64,000 bases of DNA from Monocercomonoides exilis PA203. Its lineage: Eukaryota; Protista; Preaxostyla. The stretch is taken from positions 400,227 through 464,226 of the forward strand of contig LSRY02000061.1 of NCBI GenBank assembly GCA_001643675.2, read 5' to 3'. The notes below the pieces were generated by a model that was not told where the DNA came from, ran no database searches, and saw only the letters and a program-made list of their open reading frames with translations. This document shows positions 12,057 to 25,748 of this stretch, piece after piece (position 1 is the stretch's first letter; each line of letters begins with the position of its first letter). Both the position numbers and the translations under genes were made by a program.

Positions 12057-14828
12057 GGGCATAAGTGAAGAATAATACCTCCTTCAATTTAAAGATATCT
12101 TGAACAATAATAGCATGGAAATAAATAGCATAAAAAAATTACACTTTTGGGTGGAGCAGTTCTTTGAAATATCTTCAAATTTTTATTAGATAAAAATATT
12201 TGATCAATCCCATAATTAAATATTTGAATATGATTTAAAAGTTTTTTGTGCGAACGCGGAAGAATTGAAGATTGATTGATGTATTAAACAATGCACTGCT
12301 TAAAGTTACATAAATTATGTTTGACTTTGCTATATTTTTTTCTCTTTTTTCATGTTATTCTTTTTATTTGTAACTTTCCTAACTTAATCAATAACATTAG
12401 ATTTAATAGAAATTCATTTAATTTATTTTCATCGAACTGCACATTGAGTATTAATTTGTGATTGAAAATATTGAAAACTCCAGACAATTAAAATCATTTA
12501 ACAAAAATGGATAAGTGAATGGTATTACTTGGCTGCAATCAGTCGAATACATGTATTTTCAGAAAACAGAGTGGAAAGTTGTTCAATCACAAATTGGTGT
12601 GGAACAGGCTGGTATTTTTCCCTCTATTATATGCCCTCAGATGCTCAATTCCTTTTCACCAAATGTAAGTGCATTTCAAATTCTGGTGGAGATTCAACAG
12701 GTTCTTTAACATTTCATTATCCTCCACAAAATAAAACAAATCAATTTTTGGTTAATGATTTCCAGTTTATAAACAATAAATTGACATCAACTTCAACTTC
12801 ATGGGGAGGAGCTGCGCTTTGCAACACAGAAACTTATTCCTGGATGAGTGAAATAAAGTTCATCTCTTTCTGTTTCTTTGATGAAAATGCAGCAACAAAT
12901 GGCAGATGATACGATGTATTTTTCAATGGAAGAAGCATCATTCAATCTCCATTTGAGAATTGCGATTCGGCTACCATTTCATCAAAAGTCTTGAAAGCCA
13001 GTCCTTCTGGAAAAGAGGTTATCAACGTTTGCTCCCTTTCATCTATTCTCTCCATTTCAACTTCAAAGAAATCCCATACGTAATTTTTCCTCCTTTTTTT
13101 CTTCGTCTTCTCCTTTTCTTCTTCATCTCTCTCTCCTCTTCTTCCAATTCCTTCCACTCCTCCTCCTCTTCACTCAAATCTTCCTCTTCTTCTTCATCTT
13201 CCTCTTCTTCTTCTTCTTCTTCTTCTCTTTCTTCTTCTTCTTCTCATCCTCCTTCAACAAGCACTTTATTCCCTCCAGCCACACTTGATGTTCAGTGTGT
13301 ACTGCAAACACATTCAAAACAGACAAAAAAAGAAATCAATTCAGAAAAGCAACAATTAAATAGAGAGCATTCTTTATTTACTCCTCCTTCTTCTTCCTCT
13401 TCCTCTTCTTCTTCTTCTTCTTCTTCTTCTTCCTTTTCTTCTGCAACATTATCACCGTCATCTTCTTATTCAACTTTTTCTTCTTCTTCTTCCATTTCTT
13501 CTTTTTCTTCAAATTCATTAATTATTCAAAAATAATTGGAGATAAAAAAGATAAAAGTGAAATCCTAAATGCATATAATTATACTCATGCTTTTTATTCT
13601 TTGAATTATGTCAGTTGTGGGATAAAGAAAACATTGAGCTAAATAGTGGAATTGCGTGTGGTTTTCGATCAGCAAATAGTAACAACAAGGCAATTTGCAT
13701 CTGAATAATTCGTTTCTGAAGGAGCATTGCAGACAACAAAACTTTGTTTGTTGATTTCTTGCTGTAAAGAGCAATTATCGATTTCATTTTGGATAAGATA
13801 CAGTAACAAATGCTATATAACAAAATGGCATCTGAATTCTTAACGTTTTTTTGGAGATTTCAGTGAGAAGAAAAGAAGGCAAGAAGATGAAATGAAAGAT
13901 AAGAAAAGAAAATTAATTGATATTGATAAGTTTAAAAACATGGACGAATTGATATTTTTGATTAAGTTGTTAGCTTTTCAAATTCAATTCATAGATTTGT
14001 TTGTTATTGAATGTTATTAAAGACTTTTTTTGGATTCAATATATTTTGAAAATAATGAATAAAAAGTTTTTTTTTTTTTTTTTTTTGATTTCATCATTCC
14101 TTTTACGGAAACAACGAATAAATAATTTCTATTGATTAAAATATTTTTTTCTTTTCATTCCGCTTAAACGAATCAACAAAAAAATTGAAATGCTTCTTTG
14201 ATAGCATATTTTTTTGAAAATAATAAAAGATATGAGATAACTTAATAAAAGTGAAATGGAAAAAAATCGGTATTTTCACACCTAAGAATCTATTGATTGT
14301 TATTTGAAAACGATTAAAATGACAACCTATTTCTCAATACGAAAGAATAATTGTTTATTCGAATTTCAACATCACCAAAATAACAAATTTTCAAAAAGAT
14401 GAAAAATGATCGTATTGAAACGTATATTTTAATTTTGAAATAATTTGTTTATATTGATTAAAAATGCTAATAAATCAAACAAACTTTTCACTGTTGTCAG
14501 AGAAGTGGAAGTTACAAATAAAAAGAATAACATGAAAAAAGAGAAAAAAATATAGCAAAGTCAAACATAATTTGTGTAACTTTAAGCAGTGCATTGTTTA
14601 ATACATCAATCAATCTTCAATTCTTCCGCGTTCGCACAAAAAACTTTTAAATCATATTCAAATATTTAATTATGGGATTGATCAAATATTTTTATCTAAT
14701 AAAAATTTGAAGATATTTCAAAGAACTGCTCCACCCAAAAGTGTAATTTTTTTATGCTATTTATTTCCATGCTATTATTGTTCAAGATATCTTTAAATTG
14801 AAGGAGGTATTATTCTTCACGTATGCCC
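12057..14828. mobile_element. non-autonomous DNA transposon with about 320-bp TIRs and gene-fragment cargo
   Basis: 12057-12376 and 14509-14828 are near-perfect inverted repeats (GGGCATA...TATGCCC). Flanks GAGTAT / GAGAAT look like a 6-bp TSD with one mismatch. Confidence 0.8.
12480..12960 (+). pseudogene. fragment of a Cys/Gly-containing beta-helix-like surface-protein family, carried as transposon cargo
   Basis: ORF 12529-12909 (CSITNWCGTG..CKCISNSGGDS..WGGAALC) resembles the fragments at 42.5 kb and 50 kb; broken by stops. Confidence 0.4.
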
Positions 14829-17099
14829 GAGAATGAACAATATCAATCAATTGTTTGGGAAAAAATGAAGCAGAATCCTTTGAACATAGAGAGGAAAATA
14901 TCATCTGTGTGATTATTTTTGAAATCATATTTTCTCTATCAAAATTTTCGGTTCCAAAAATTCACTTGAATATAAAAGTGAACAATGAAAATAATGACGA
15001 AGCTTATTAATAACACATTCATCAATGTTGCAACTCAAACATTGACTTTTGTAACACTTGTGTTAAATTTTGTCTCGAAATACAAAATCTTATCCAAATG
15101 ACAAACAAACTTTGAAAAACATTCACACCGAAAAAAATTATGATTTCAAAAATATTCACCCATCTGAATTGTCAAAATATGGAAGCCTTATTAGGAAACC
15201 GACAATATAGTGTATTCTTTCAGAAAAAAAAATACCCAAAAATTTTCCTATTTTTTCTTTCAAAAGGATAACAAAGAGAGAATCCGCAGCTAATTCAGAA
15301 GAAAATAAAATTCTCTGTATTAAATTCTTAGAAAAACTTAACGATTATAAAATAGATGGTGCAATGATTTTTTTATCGATGAAACATCTTGGAATGCAGA
15401 ATGCATCCAAAAATTTGGATGGTCCCCAGTTGGAGAGAAGGTTCTAATTCCTCCTCCACCAGTTCATCAGTCACTTACGGCAATCATATCCGTGTCTCAA
15501 TCAGGAATGATGTATTCTGAAGTTGTCAGGGGGTCAATTAATCATGAAATCTTTGAGGCATTCATGAAAAGATATTTGCTATCAATAAAAGTCCATCGAT
15601 CATCTGTTATCGTGATGGACAACACTTCAATACATCATCTTAACACAGACGCAATAAAAATGAAAGCCTGACATCATGTACTAGATAATGCCGCATATTC
15701 ACCTATACTAAATCCAATAGAAAACGTTTTTGGTTTTTGGAAAAAAAGAGTTGAAGAAAGCTCTCACATCTGGAAAGGAGAAAACCATTTTATTGCAGTG
15801 CTTGTTGAGACCTTCAAAGATATTACAGCAAGAAAAGTGCGAAGAACCATTGCAAATGTTGAGAATGAAATTTGGCCACTGGTTTTGGAAAAAAAAGACC
15901 TTTAACATTAACGTTTCATTTATAAATTCATAATTCATTTATGTCCGATAGATTGATTTAATTTGATTTTATATTTATTGTTTTCAAATCTCAAATCATT
16001 TAGTTTATATTTCTTTTATTTAAATCAACGATCTTTATCAATAACAAAGAAAATTGGCTTGTTTGTTCAACAGATCTGATTTTTTTTTTCAAAAGAAAGT
16101 GAAAAATACTCAAACATTCTCACTAAATTAAGTCAAAAAAGGCTATTTATCAAAAACAATAAAAATCTTGAACAGTTAATTCAAAAGAGAATTATTGACA
16201 GTATTGAAATTATAAAAATAATTAAAGATTCAAATCAGCATTCAGTTAGAAAAATTATTACACAGTTTTCCTTTTTTTATGAAAATTCCATCTGCTTGAT
16301 TCATTATTTGAGAAAAATTTGAAAAAAAATGATGTCTGAATTGACATATTAGATAAATTGTGAAATAAAAAGATATTTCAAAACGAACCGTTTATTTCAA
16401 GATTCCCCAGTAATTTTAAATAAAAGGCAGCGTTTTTAAGAAAAACCAGTTTTTTTCAATTGTGGCATAAAAGTCTTGCTTTTATCATAAAACAATGTTT
16501 TGAAGGTTGAAGTCAAAAACACGTCAACATTAAATATTATATTATTATTTTTACAAACAAAGCTTTTTTTGTAAGTTTTTTTAATTTTTTTGATCATTTT
16601 CCATCGAATGTGAAAATGAAACGTTTTCTAATAATAATGAATTTTAGCATGAAGATAAACGTTCAACAAACAATTGAATCGATTTATTCGTCAGTTTTGT
16701 CTTCCTTTTGTTAAAATACACAATTTTGGAATTTAGAAATTTTTGTTTTTGCTTTAAACGTTAACACAATCATTCACGATAGGTTCCATTTTAATCTTTA
16801 AACAACATATAACTTCATAATATATTTATTAGACCTATTATGAAAAATTGGAATTGATTTACATTCATTTATGTAAATGATCAATTTATTTATTTTTCAT
16901 TTTTACGTTTGTTTATTGAAAACAAAAATGCAGTTAAAACAAGTTTGTAAGCAATTTTTTTTTGATTGTTTTAAATGTTTTCATGTTTTTTTTTTCATTT
17001 CAAAAGCTTTCTTTCATTAAATTTGAGAAATATTTTATTAACACATTCTGGTTGAAAAGTTTTAGCGAAAATGCTGCAGAGCAAAAAAAACAATAATGA

Positions 17100-17870
17100 T
17101 AACATGTGTGAAATAGCAATTGAAATGAATTCATGATGATAAAATTTATTTCTTTGTTTTTTAACAGATTTGTTTTCTTGTTTCGAAGATTGAAATGAGG
17201 ATTGCAAAAGCAGATATTCCTTGAAGTGGATGGAGTGATTGATGAAATGAATAATGAAGAATTCAAATCTGCTTTCACAAAAGATTTTTTTTTTTTTTGA
17301 CGAAATATTCAAAATGATTGAAGAAAAGAAAATATCAGCGTGAAATGCAGCTTTGTCACTGAAATACATTGGATATTTAAATGTGCTGTTGAACCAGTGG
17401 AATGGAAGCTAAGAAAAATATTCGATGAACGAAAGATTTGAGAAGATGATTGATTATGAAGAAATGAAAAAAGAAGAAAAGAATGAAAAGCTTCAAACTG
17501 ATCTTTACGAGTGCTTATTTTCACTTGACGGCTTGCGTTCTTTGGATCCATATCCGATGTGCGTGTCATTCCTTGTGAAAGTCGCATTGAACAAAGAGGA
17601 AAGTTAAAAAGTTCGGAAGGAAGGAGATATAACCTTACCAGCTTTGAGCAACATTAAACAATGTGAGGTGTGTTAATATATTTATAAATTCATTAATGCA
17701 TTTTATTTTCTTTCTTTTTTTTTTTTTGCATTGGAAGAGAAAAAAGAACTGTATTTGAAAAAATCAAATGGATTATCTTCATTATCAGAATTATCACACA
17801 GCTTGCTTATCAATTTGCTTGACAGTTTTTGACAAACAGAATATTCGAAAATGAAATGAAAAAGATGTTA
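17100..17870 (+). pseudogene. decayed copy of an expanded lineage-specific family (EEKNEKL..DLCEC..KVAL.KEE motif)
   Basis: ERFEKMIDYEEMKKEEKNEKLQTDLYECL...CVSFLVKVALNKEES is paralogous to the copy at 47048-47452 (-); frameshifts and stops. Confidence 0.6.
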
Positions 17871-20413
17871 TTGCAATTCTTTGCCAATTTTTCAATTTTT
17901 ATTTGATGAACTATGTATTACAAAACTTGTGAAAGCTTTTAAAAAAGATTTTTATCCAAAGAAATCCAATTCAAATTGTGTTATTTGAGAAACATCAAAT
18001 ATTTCAACTTATGAAAACTCAATTTTTATTTTTATTTTTTGAATTTTTTGAATTTTTTTTTTGAATTTTTCAAACAACAATAACCAAAGCAATTTCCTTT
18101 AAATCCCAAAACGATAAATCTCAGATTTCTTTGATAAAACAAAACAAGCAAAAATAATTCTGAACATGGTTGGAACCATTTATTCAATCAAATAAATGCA
18201 TATCCAATGCTTTTTAAAAATGGCCAGAAGATTTTAGTTTTTTAAAGTTATTTCAAAATAACTGTGTTAATTCATATTTCGTGGCTGAAACTTGAAATAA
18301 CACAAATAACTTGAAATGACCAATTCATTTCACATTTTATCTATTATTTTATGAAAGTCATCTTTCCTATGAATAAAAAAATAACATTAAAAAGAGAGTT
18401 GGTTATTGATACTCAAAAAACTTTATAAACAACAAAAGTGACAAAGCTGAATAAATAATTTATTGAAATCAAACATCCCTTGATATATTCAAAAAAAAAT
18501 ACGAAAAAACTCGATAAATCCTGCTTCTAAACTCGAAACAGTGTTAAACCCTTTGAAAATAAAATGTTAATTATTACGAAAGGTGAATGTGGGAAATGAA
18601 TTTTTTATTTTTTGCGGGATGCTCAACATTAAAAAAGGACAGATCAACATTTTTTTGGGACAGACTGTATCATTGTTTGAAAAATAATTGTTAAAAAATG
18701 GGAAGATATTTTTTGCTTTATGAATTTTGTTCCATTCTGCACATTAAATTTTATTTCTCTGTTTTGAAAATTTTCCAATGTTTTTTTGACACAGAAATGA
18801 AAGACTTATCATGATAAGGTTGTGGAAAAAGTTTGAAACAAATGGTCGTTTTTTTCATAAATGCAAAAATTTTGCCCCAAACTTCAATGTGTTGAATTTA
18901 CCAAAATGTGAGTTTTCCATTCTCAAAGAATTTTCAATTTATTCTTTTTCTTTTTCTTTTTCTTTTTTTCTGACTTTGTTATATTTTTCTATTCTGTTTT
19001 TCCTTTATTATATAAATTATTTATCAATCAATAAAAAATTCCCGTTAAATAAAACCAGTTCGTTATTCTCTTTATGAACCCGAAAGTTCTCTGCGCAGCT
19101 CCGAATGGATTCCATCTTCAAGATGAAAATGAACAGATTTTGACGTTTTTGTTGTTTTAATCCTTGATAGCAGCAACGAATTATGATGGACTTTAAAATA
19201 AATTTCAATGAGTGCTTCTCCTCTCAAAATTTCAGAAGATCATAATGAATATTTGTAACAATAGTCAAAATTTATTTTAAAGACATTAACAAAAAAACAC
19301 TTCAATTCAAAGGTTTTAATAATGCAAAAAGTTTGGGGAAAGAATAAGCAATTATAAACTGGAGAATCAGAAAAGTTCTACCGTGTCTGGAAAAGCTCTC
19401 GAAGAATGTGAGTCAAAAAGTATAAAGCATCATCAAAATTTAACTTTCACAATTCTATTTGCCAAGATTTTTTTCATAAATTCCTATTGTATAATTTTCA
19501 AATAAAATAAAAAATGCCACATTCCGATCAAAATTTAGCTCCCACTAACGAAACTTCACTAAAATAGTAATAAACACATTATAGAGATATTGTTTTCATT
19601 TTGGCAAAATTTCGTGAGAGGGAACAGAAATTTAATGGAAAAATGATATTCTTATTATCATAGAAAATAAAACAAAAGGAACTTTTCAAAATATTTTTGA
19701 CTTTTTTTGAAGGATAAGAAGTTTGACTTTTTCGAAAAAAATGAATAACACATAATAAACTTCTGTGACATGACAAGAGAAAATTGAAAAAATGACAAAA
19801 TGACAGACAAGAAATCTATGATTTGTCAAAAATTGTTATTTCTAACTTTTTCAATACTCTTAATTACTATAATAACTAATTTAATAATCTTCATGTGACA
19901 ATTTTTATTACTCTGAAAATACGATATTTTATATTTATGTTATCAAGTTCCCAATTTTCATTTTATTTGACACGAAATGTCAGTTGAGGTATTTTTTTGT
20001 CAATATTTGTTATTGACAGTCACTGACCGTCGCTAACAAAAGAGAAAAGGATAGACATTTCTGATTCTATCAACTGATTTTCCCCAAAGGTCTTCAAATA
20101 GTTTTTAAAAAGTTTTCGCTGTTATTTGTTTTGTTTTGTTAAAATTAATTTTTTGTATTTTATTTTATTTTATTTTATTTTTTATTTTTTTATTTATTAT
20201 TTTTCGATTCGAACGCGTATAATACAACAAGGAAAAATAAAAATAAAAATGTTCTTGCTCAAACATCTGTAGAATGAATTTTGATTATCCATAGTTTTTT
20301 TGAAACAAAAAATTTGAAAGTGAAAGAATGGAAAATTTATTTTATCCAAGATAATGGGAAACGGAATTGCTTAAAATTTATGTAATAGATCCTATTAGAA
20401 AGAATTCGAAGTG

Positions 20414-20794
20414 ATGTTCACTTTATTACTCATTTCTATCCTATCAAAGGCTTTTGCATACACCGAGTACTATGAAGAAGATGAGTTCCCGGATTATGAA
20501 TCATACGAAATTGATGATTCTGAATTCGAAGATTTGGAAGATGACGAAGAACTCGACGAAGATGGAATTCCAATAGTTTGCGGATTGTGTAAATGGTTGG
20601 TAGGAAAAGCAATTGAATATGCATATGGAAAAACAAACAAGCAAATTACAAACTTCTTATGGTCACAATGCGACAAACACCCAACCTGGGCCCACAAATG
20701 CCGCGAAGTTGTTCCACCTCTTCTTAACGTTGTATACATGATAGTTAAGAAGTATGGACCACCAATCATTTGCGGCGCAGCGCATTTGTGTTGA
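20414..20794 (+). CDS. secreted saposin-B-like protein (amoebapore/NK-lysin-like SAPLIP)
   Basis: Hydrophobic signal peptide, acidic pro-segment, then a six-Cys saposin pattern CGLC...QCDK...KC...IICGAAHLC*; intact and intronless. Confidence 0.85.
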   Translation: MFTLLLISILSKAFAYTEYYEEDEFPDYESYEIDDSEFEDLEDDEELDEDGIPIVCGLCKWLVGKAIEYAYGKTNKQITNFLWSQCDKHPTWAHKCREVVPPLLNVVYMIVKKYGPPIICGAAHLC

Positions 20795-21399
20795 TATGAG
20801 ATTTTTCTTTTTATTTGGCCAGACATTGTTTTCCATCTTTGGCCTCATTTATTTATCGAGATTTTTTATTCCTTATTTTTTTGTTGAAAAATTTAATATA
20901 TTTTATTGAAAGAATAGAGTTCATTCATCCTTTTATATCAACATTTTGAGTATTCTGTATGAAAATGTTAAAGAATAATTGTTTAATGAGTCTCATTTGA
21001 TTATTGTTGTACCAGCGGAAAAAAATGAAAAAAAAAAAAAATAAATAAAAGAACCTTCGAAAATTGAAGAAAAAAAAATATTCTTTTTTGAAAACTTATA
21101 AAAGAACGCTGGATTTCTTCCATGACGAATCAAAATCTCGTTTTAATGAAATTGCAAATCGAGATTGAAAAGCGAGAAGTTAAAATGTTGTTTTCTCAAT
21201 CGAAATAATCAAAAATAGAATTAAAGATTTTTTGTCATTTCCAGAAAATAAGTTGAGTTTTTTTGTAAATTCGAAAATTCATTTTTTTGTGTATATCATT
21301 CCACTGAACTTTTCAGTTGCTATTATTGACTTCCACAGTCCATATTTGAATATTTGTTATGATCTATCCCTTGATAAATTGGTTTGGTGTAATTCAAAC

Positions 21400-23196
21400 C
21401 ATTCGAGAATCGTGATGATTCATTCACAAAAAGATAGCAGTGGGGAAGAATGAAAAGGAACTCAATGAAGCACTTGGATTTCTGCAGACAAATCCATAAA
21501 GTGTCTATATTTTGCGATTTTGTGAGAACAACTGAAATGTCAGGAGCATGCCACAGTTGAAGAATAAAAGCTGGAAACACTCATCAAAAAGCAGGGGAAA
21601 AACAATTCAATAGAGAATTAACTGAATGGGAGACAAGAGCCGATATAATTTAAATAGATGGATTTCACTTCTCAAAAAGAAGTGTTGGTGCATATGTTTG
21701 ATGACATTTTGCAAAAGAACTTTACAAGCATTCAACAATTGATTGTTGTGCGGGAATGGAGTCAAAGTTTGCTTTGGATATGAACATCTGGAAGCTGAAA
21801 AGCATCCTTATACTAAAAGTACTCACGCCAGATGGAATTCTGAAAGTGAATGCCATGGATCTGTTGAAGCTTGATCTGCATCAGTTTATTATAAATGTAC
21901 CATTGTGCTCATTTCCAGGGCTTTTGGACCTGATGAGGCTATGTCTTTCGAAAAAAAGACACACCCGTCTAATTTTCAGGTTGAGTCGATGATTAACCAA
22001 TAACAAAAGCAAGGATAAGTTAAGATCGAAGTGCTCAACAATAGCTGATGGGTGGAGATGATGGTGATACGGATGGATCCAGGGGTAGATGTGGTGTTGG
22101 AAAAAGACAAAAACGCTCAGGATGAATACTTTGAGAAGATTTGGTATATAGTGCTCCAATTGAGCTACACAGCACTTTGGATGCGGGCTTTGCCAACGAA
22201 GATGTGTGTGATAACTGAGAGCCAGAATTTGGAGAGGCTTTTGAGCCTTGAAGTGATCGAGAAAGGATATGGGCATGCTGAATCTGATTACGGGAAGAGC
22301 AATATGTTCAGTTATGAGCTTCGAGTTGATGCAGGTGACAGGAGAGTGCAGGTATGGCATCAACTGAATTACCGTAGATGGAACAAAATGAGACACATTT
22401 TTGATGAACAAGCTTGCGATTCATTTCATTTTGCAGGATGTGAATAATCAGATTCCAGAAGCTCATTGAAGAAGTTGAATTGCAAGATTTGATAACAGAT
22501 TCAAAGCTGAAACATGGAGAGATGAATATGAACAAAGTGAGGTCGAAAGAAGCCAACGAATATTTTGTACAGCGACTGATGGAAAAGAAAGAGCTTTCCG
22601 TTGCAGACGAAAACGAAACATTCTTTGATTTTAGAAGAAAAGCTGAAGAAGTTCCATCAGTGAAAGTTGTTGCGAATAAAGTGAGAGAGGTACATTTGCG
22701 CGAGTTTGATGAAATCATATTTTGTTTTAGCTCACCGATGCATCGAGATGTGGATGCGGGAATGGAGGTGGATTGACTAAAGAAGAATTTCGAACAGATG
22801 CTGGATTATTCTGTATATTCAAATGTGATCTCTCGTGCGAGCGCAAATATCCTGCTGCTCCATCCGCTATTGTTCCGTGAAGTTACTGTATCTTCTTGGA
22901 CGGCACACAGATGATTGGGCGAAGGATGCATCGGTTACTGTGGAGTGGACTGATGCAATGTGGAAGATCAAAGAACGAGCTAAAGCAGGAAACATGGATG
23001 ATTGTGACGAATAACTTTTAAAAGTCTGTAAGAGTTCATTCATTTTTGTCTTTCATAGCAGTTTCTCCTGATCCGAAGAAGCAAGCACTGCAAAGATGAT
23101 CTCTGATTCGATTGCACCAGATAAATAGTTGGACAGCAGCCGCAGCAAAGCTTGACGTTTGAAAGTGTTACAAAGAAAAAAACAAAGGTTTTATTG

Positions 23197-23235
<39 letters not shown>

Positions 23236-24300
23236 GATAATACAAAGCTCCATATTGATTTTTCCTTTTTCAACAATGTCAGAAACAGGCACATCTTACA
23301 AGAATATATTCGAAAAAGCAAAGTTATTAAACAAAATACGCTGCAAATGATTGGAAAAGAGTGAAGGAAAGGAAACATATTTATTTTTTAATGAACAATC
23401 AAAAGAAAAACATTCAAAAACAACTCTAAAACTCTTTTTGTCCGATACATGTCAGCCCAATACGTTTACAAATGGTGGACAGCATGCCATTTTGATGTAT
23501 TTTCTCCATTTATTGAAATGAACGATAATTCAGATCAGATTACAGGAAATTATTCAGTAGGCCAATCGTCAAATCAACATTCAAAGACAAAAGTTTATTC
23601 TATCAAAACCATGGAGAAATGGAAAAGAAAATTGGTTTTAATAAAGTAAGGAAAGTGATAAAGAGAGCACGGGTTCTGGTTGTGAAATTCAGAGTTCAGT
23701 TTGATGAAGCAATAAAAAGAGTTGTGCCATTGAAAAAATGAGCTCAGAATGCAGGCAATATTGAATTTCACTCCCGCTGAGAATATTTAATTTGAAGATT
23801 TTCATTCTTTCATTTCTCACTACAACGTGTAACAAAACAATAAAAACAGTATGAAAATATCTGCCGAAAATCGGACATTGTTGAATTGCGACGTGCACAT
23901 TGGAATAATAAAGGGAATTGTAAACTCTTCGCTGATGTGACTTTATTGCGTGATGGATACTCGCATGCGCCAATTGTCCGTTCTTGTGAAAGAATTAGCA
24001 AAGTCTAAAACATTCGCGATGCTTCTGTAAAATCTCTCTCCAGCTATGGATGGATGCTTCTTGTGCTGACTTTCCTGATGGAGCGGAAGACATCTGCGAT
24101 TGTGTCACTATAAGACAAAGCATTGCCTTTTTGAGTCTGCTTGGAGAGAGCTTGAAAAATTTGATGATAAGTATTTTGAGGAAAAGGAGATTAGAGAAAA
24201 TGTTAGAGACTCATGGAGAACAAATTGCTATCTCGTGATTGATGAAGACATTGAAGGGGAAAGATTACTCTTCAGAGTCGATGCTAATACATGGCACTAA
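21400..24300 (+). pseudogene. decayed coding region(s) of unknown family
   Basis: Chains of short + strand ORFs (21756-22776, 24050-24300) with coding-like composition broken by stops and frameshifts; no motif recognised. Confidence 0.35.
23197..23230. repeat. (TA)n microsatellite
   Basis: Direct inspection. Confidence 0.9.
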
Positions 24301-24994
24301 TTGAAATGAAGAAAGAGAATTTTTGATGCCATTTGCGAGAGAAACAGAAAAGTGGAAGAAAGTTATGATTTTACAAAAGAGAATATCTCTGAGACAGACA
24401 ATTTGTTTGCAACGGACAAGTGAAACAAGAAAAGCAAGAAAAGCGGCAATAGAAATAACAGAGTCGTTGCCTTCTTTAGTATTATCACAGGCAACCTAAA
24501 AAAAACACCAGAAGAAAAAACAACTTCATCTTCATCTTCTGGAAAAAATAAAAACAAATCATTAACTCTTCTTCCATTACCCCCAAATCTCGCGAATCAA
24601 GATTTGTGAATTTTCCTTCGCACAACAAACTGCCAAAAAAATTAAATATAATATTTACAGAAATCCTTCATGAGGCATCTTCTTTTCATCACAGAATATT
24701 CATCTGGTTTTACTCCTCAATTTCCGGTGACTCCCCTCCTCATATTCTTTTTCATCAACGTTGTTACACTGCTCTTTTGTGAGAGAATGTCCATCTTCAA
24801 CATTTTTGACTGAAGCATATGAAACATAAAAGGAATGGGAAAAAGGAAAATGAAGATAATTAAAAAGAAAGAAAGACACAACAACAAGGTTCAAATAACA
24901 ACGGAAAAGAAAGGTGCTAAAGCGAAAAAACTCTGAACAATGCGAATCTTAAACAACTTTAGAAGACAACTTTTTCGTTTTCTAATTTTTATTC

Positions 24995-24995
24995 A

Positions 24996-25026
<31 letters not shown>

Positions 25027-25284
25027 CTTCCCACTCTTCTTCTTCTTCTTCTTCTTCCCACTCTTCTTCTTCTTCTTCTTCTTCTTCTCCTTCTTCTTCT
25101 CCTTCTCCTTCTTCTTCTTCTCCTTTTCCTTCTCATTCTTATTCTTCTTCTTCTCCTTCTTCTTCTTCTTCTTCTTCTTCTCCTTCTTCTTCTCCTTCTC
25201 CTTCTTCTTCTTCTCCTTTTCCTTCTCATTCTTATTCTTCTTCTTCTTCTTCTTCTTCTTCTTCTTCTTCTTCTTCCCACTCTT

Positions 25285-25315
<31 letters not shown>

Positions 25316-25660
25316 TTCTTCTTCTTCTTCTTCTCATTCTTCTTCTTCTCCTTCTTCTTCTCCTTCTCCTTCTTCTCCTTCTCCTTCTTCTTCTTCTCCT
25401 TTTCCTTCTCATTCTTCTTCTTCTTCTTCTTCTTCTTCTTCTTCTTCTTCTTCTTCCCACTCTTCTTCTTCTTCTTCTTCTCCTTCTTCTTCTTCTTCTT
25501 CTTCTTATTCTTCTTCTTCTCCTTTTCCTTCTCATTCTTCTTCTTCTTCTTCTTATTCTTCTTCTTCTTCTTCTCCTTCTTCTTCTTCTTCTTCTCCTTT
25601 TCCTTCTCCTTCTCCTTCTCCTTCTTTTCAAACATCATCATCATCATCTTCTTCTTCTTT
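24995..25660. repeat. (CTT/GAA)n trinucleotide tract with higher-order substructure
   Basis: About 650 bp of CTT with recurring interruptions (CCCACT, CTCCTTTTCCTTCTCATT, CTTATT). Confidence 0.95.
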
Positions 25661-25748
25661 GTCTTCTATTTCTCTTCTACCACAACTACTACTTTTTCTT
25701 CTTTTTCTAATCGTATTTCTTCATTTTTTGCATCTTCATCGTCTTCTT

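Larger units (their letters stand above)
11609..15905 (+). pseudogene. IS630/Tc1-type DDE transposase, interrupted by an insertion (12057-14828) and by stops
   Basis: FIDETSW (D at 15378), VIVMDNTSIHH (D at 15618) and AAYSPILNPIENVFGFWK give D..D33E spacing, with an in-frame TGA near 15669. The N-terminal part (..KGRKKKVE) lies before the insertion. Confidence 0.8.
11496..18667 (+). mobile_element. IS630/Tc1/mariner-superfamily DNA transposon with about 100-bp TIRs
   Basis: Left end CAGTCTGTCCCAAAAAAATGTTGATCTGTCC (11496) is the reverse complement of the right end GGACAGATCAACATTTTTTTGGGACAGACTG (18667), which is followed by TA. A transposase lies inside. Confidence 0.8.

Noticed and set aside
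24940-25710. Poly-Leu, poly-Lys and poly-Arg ORFs
   Set aside because: Artefacts of the CTT/GAA tract.
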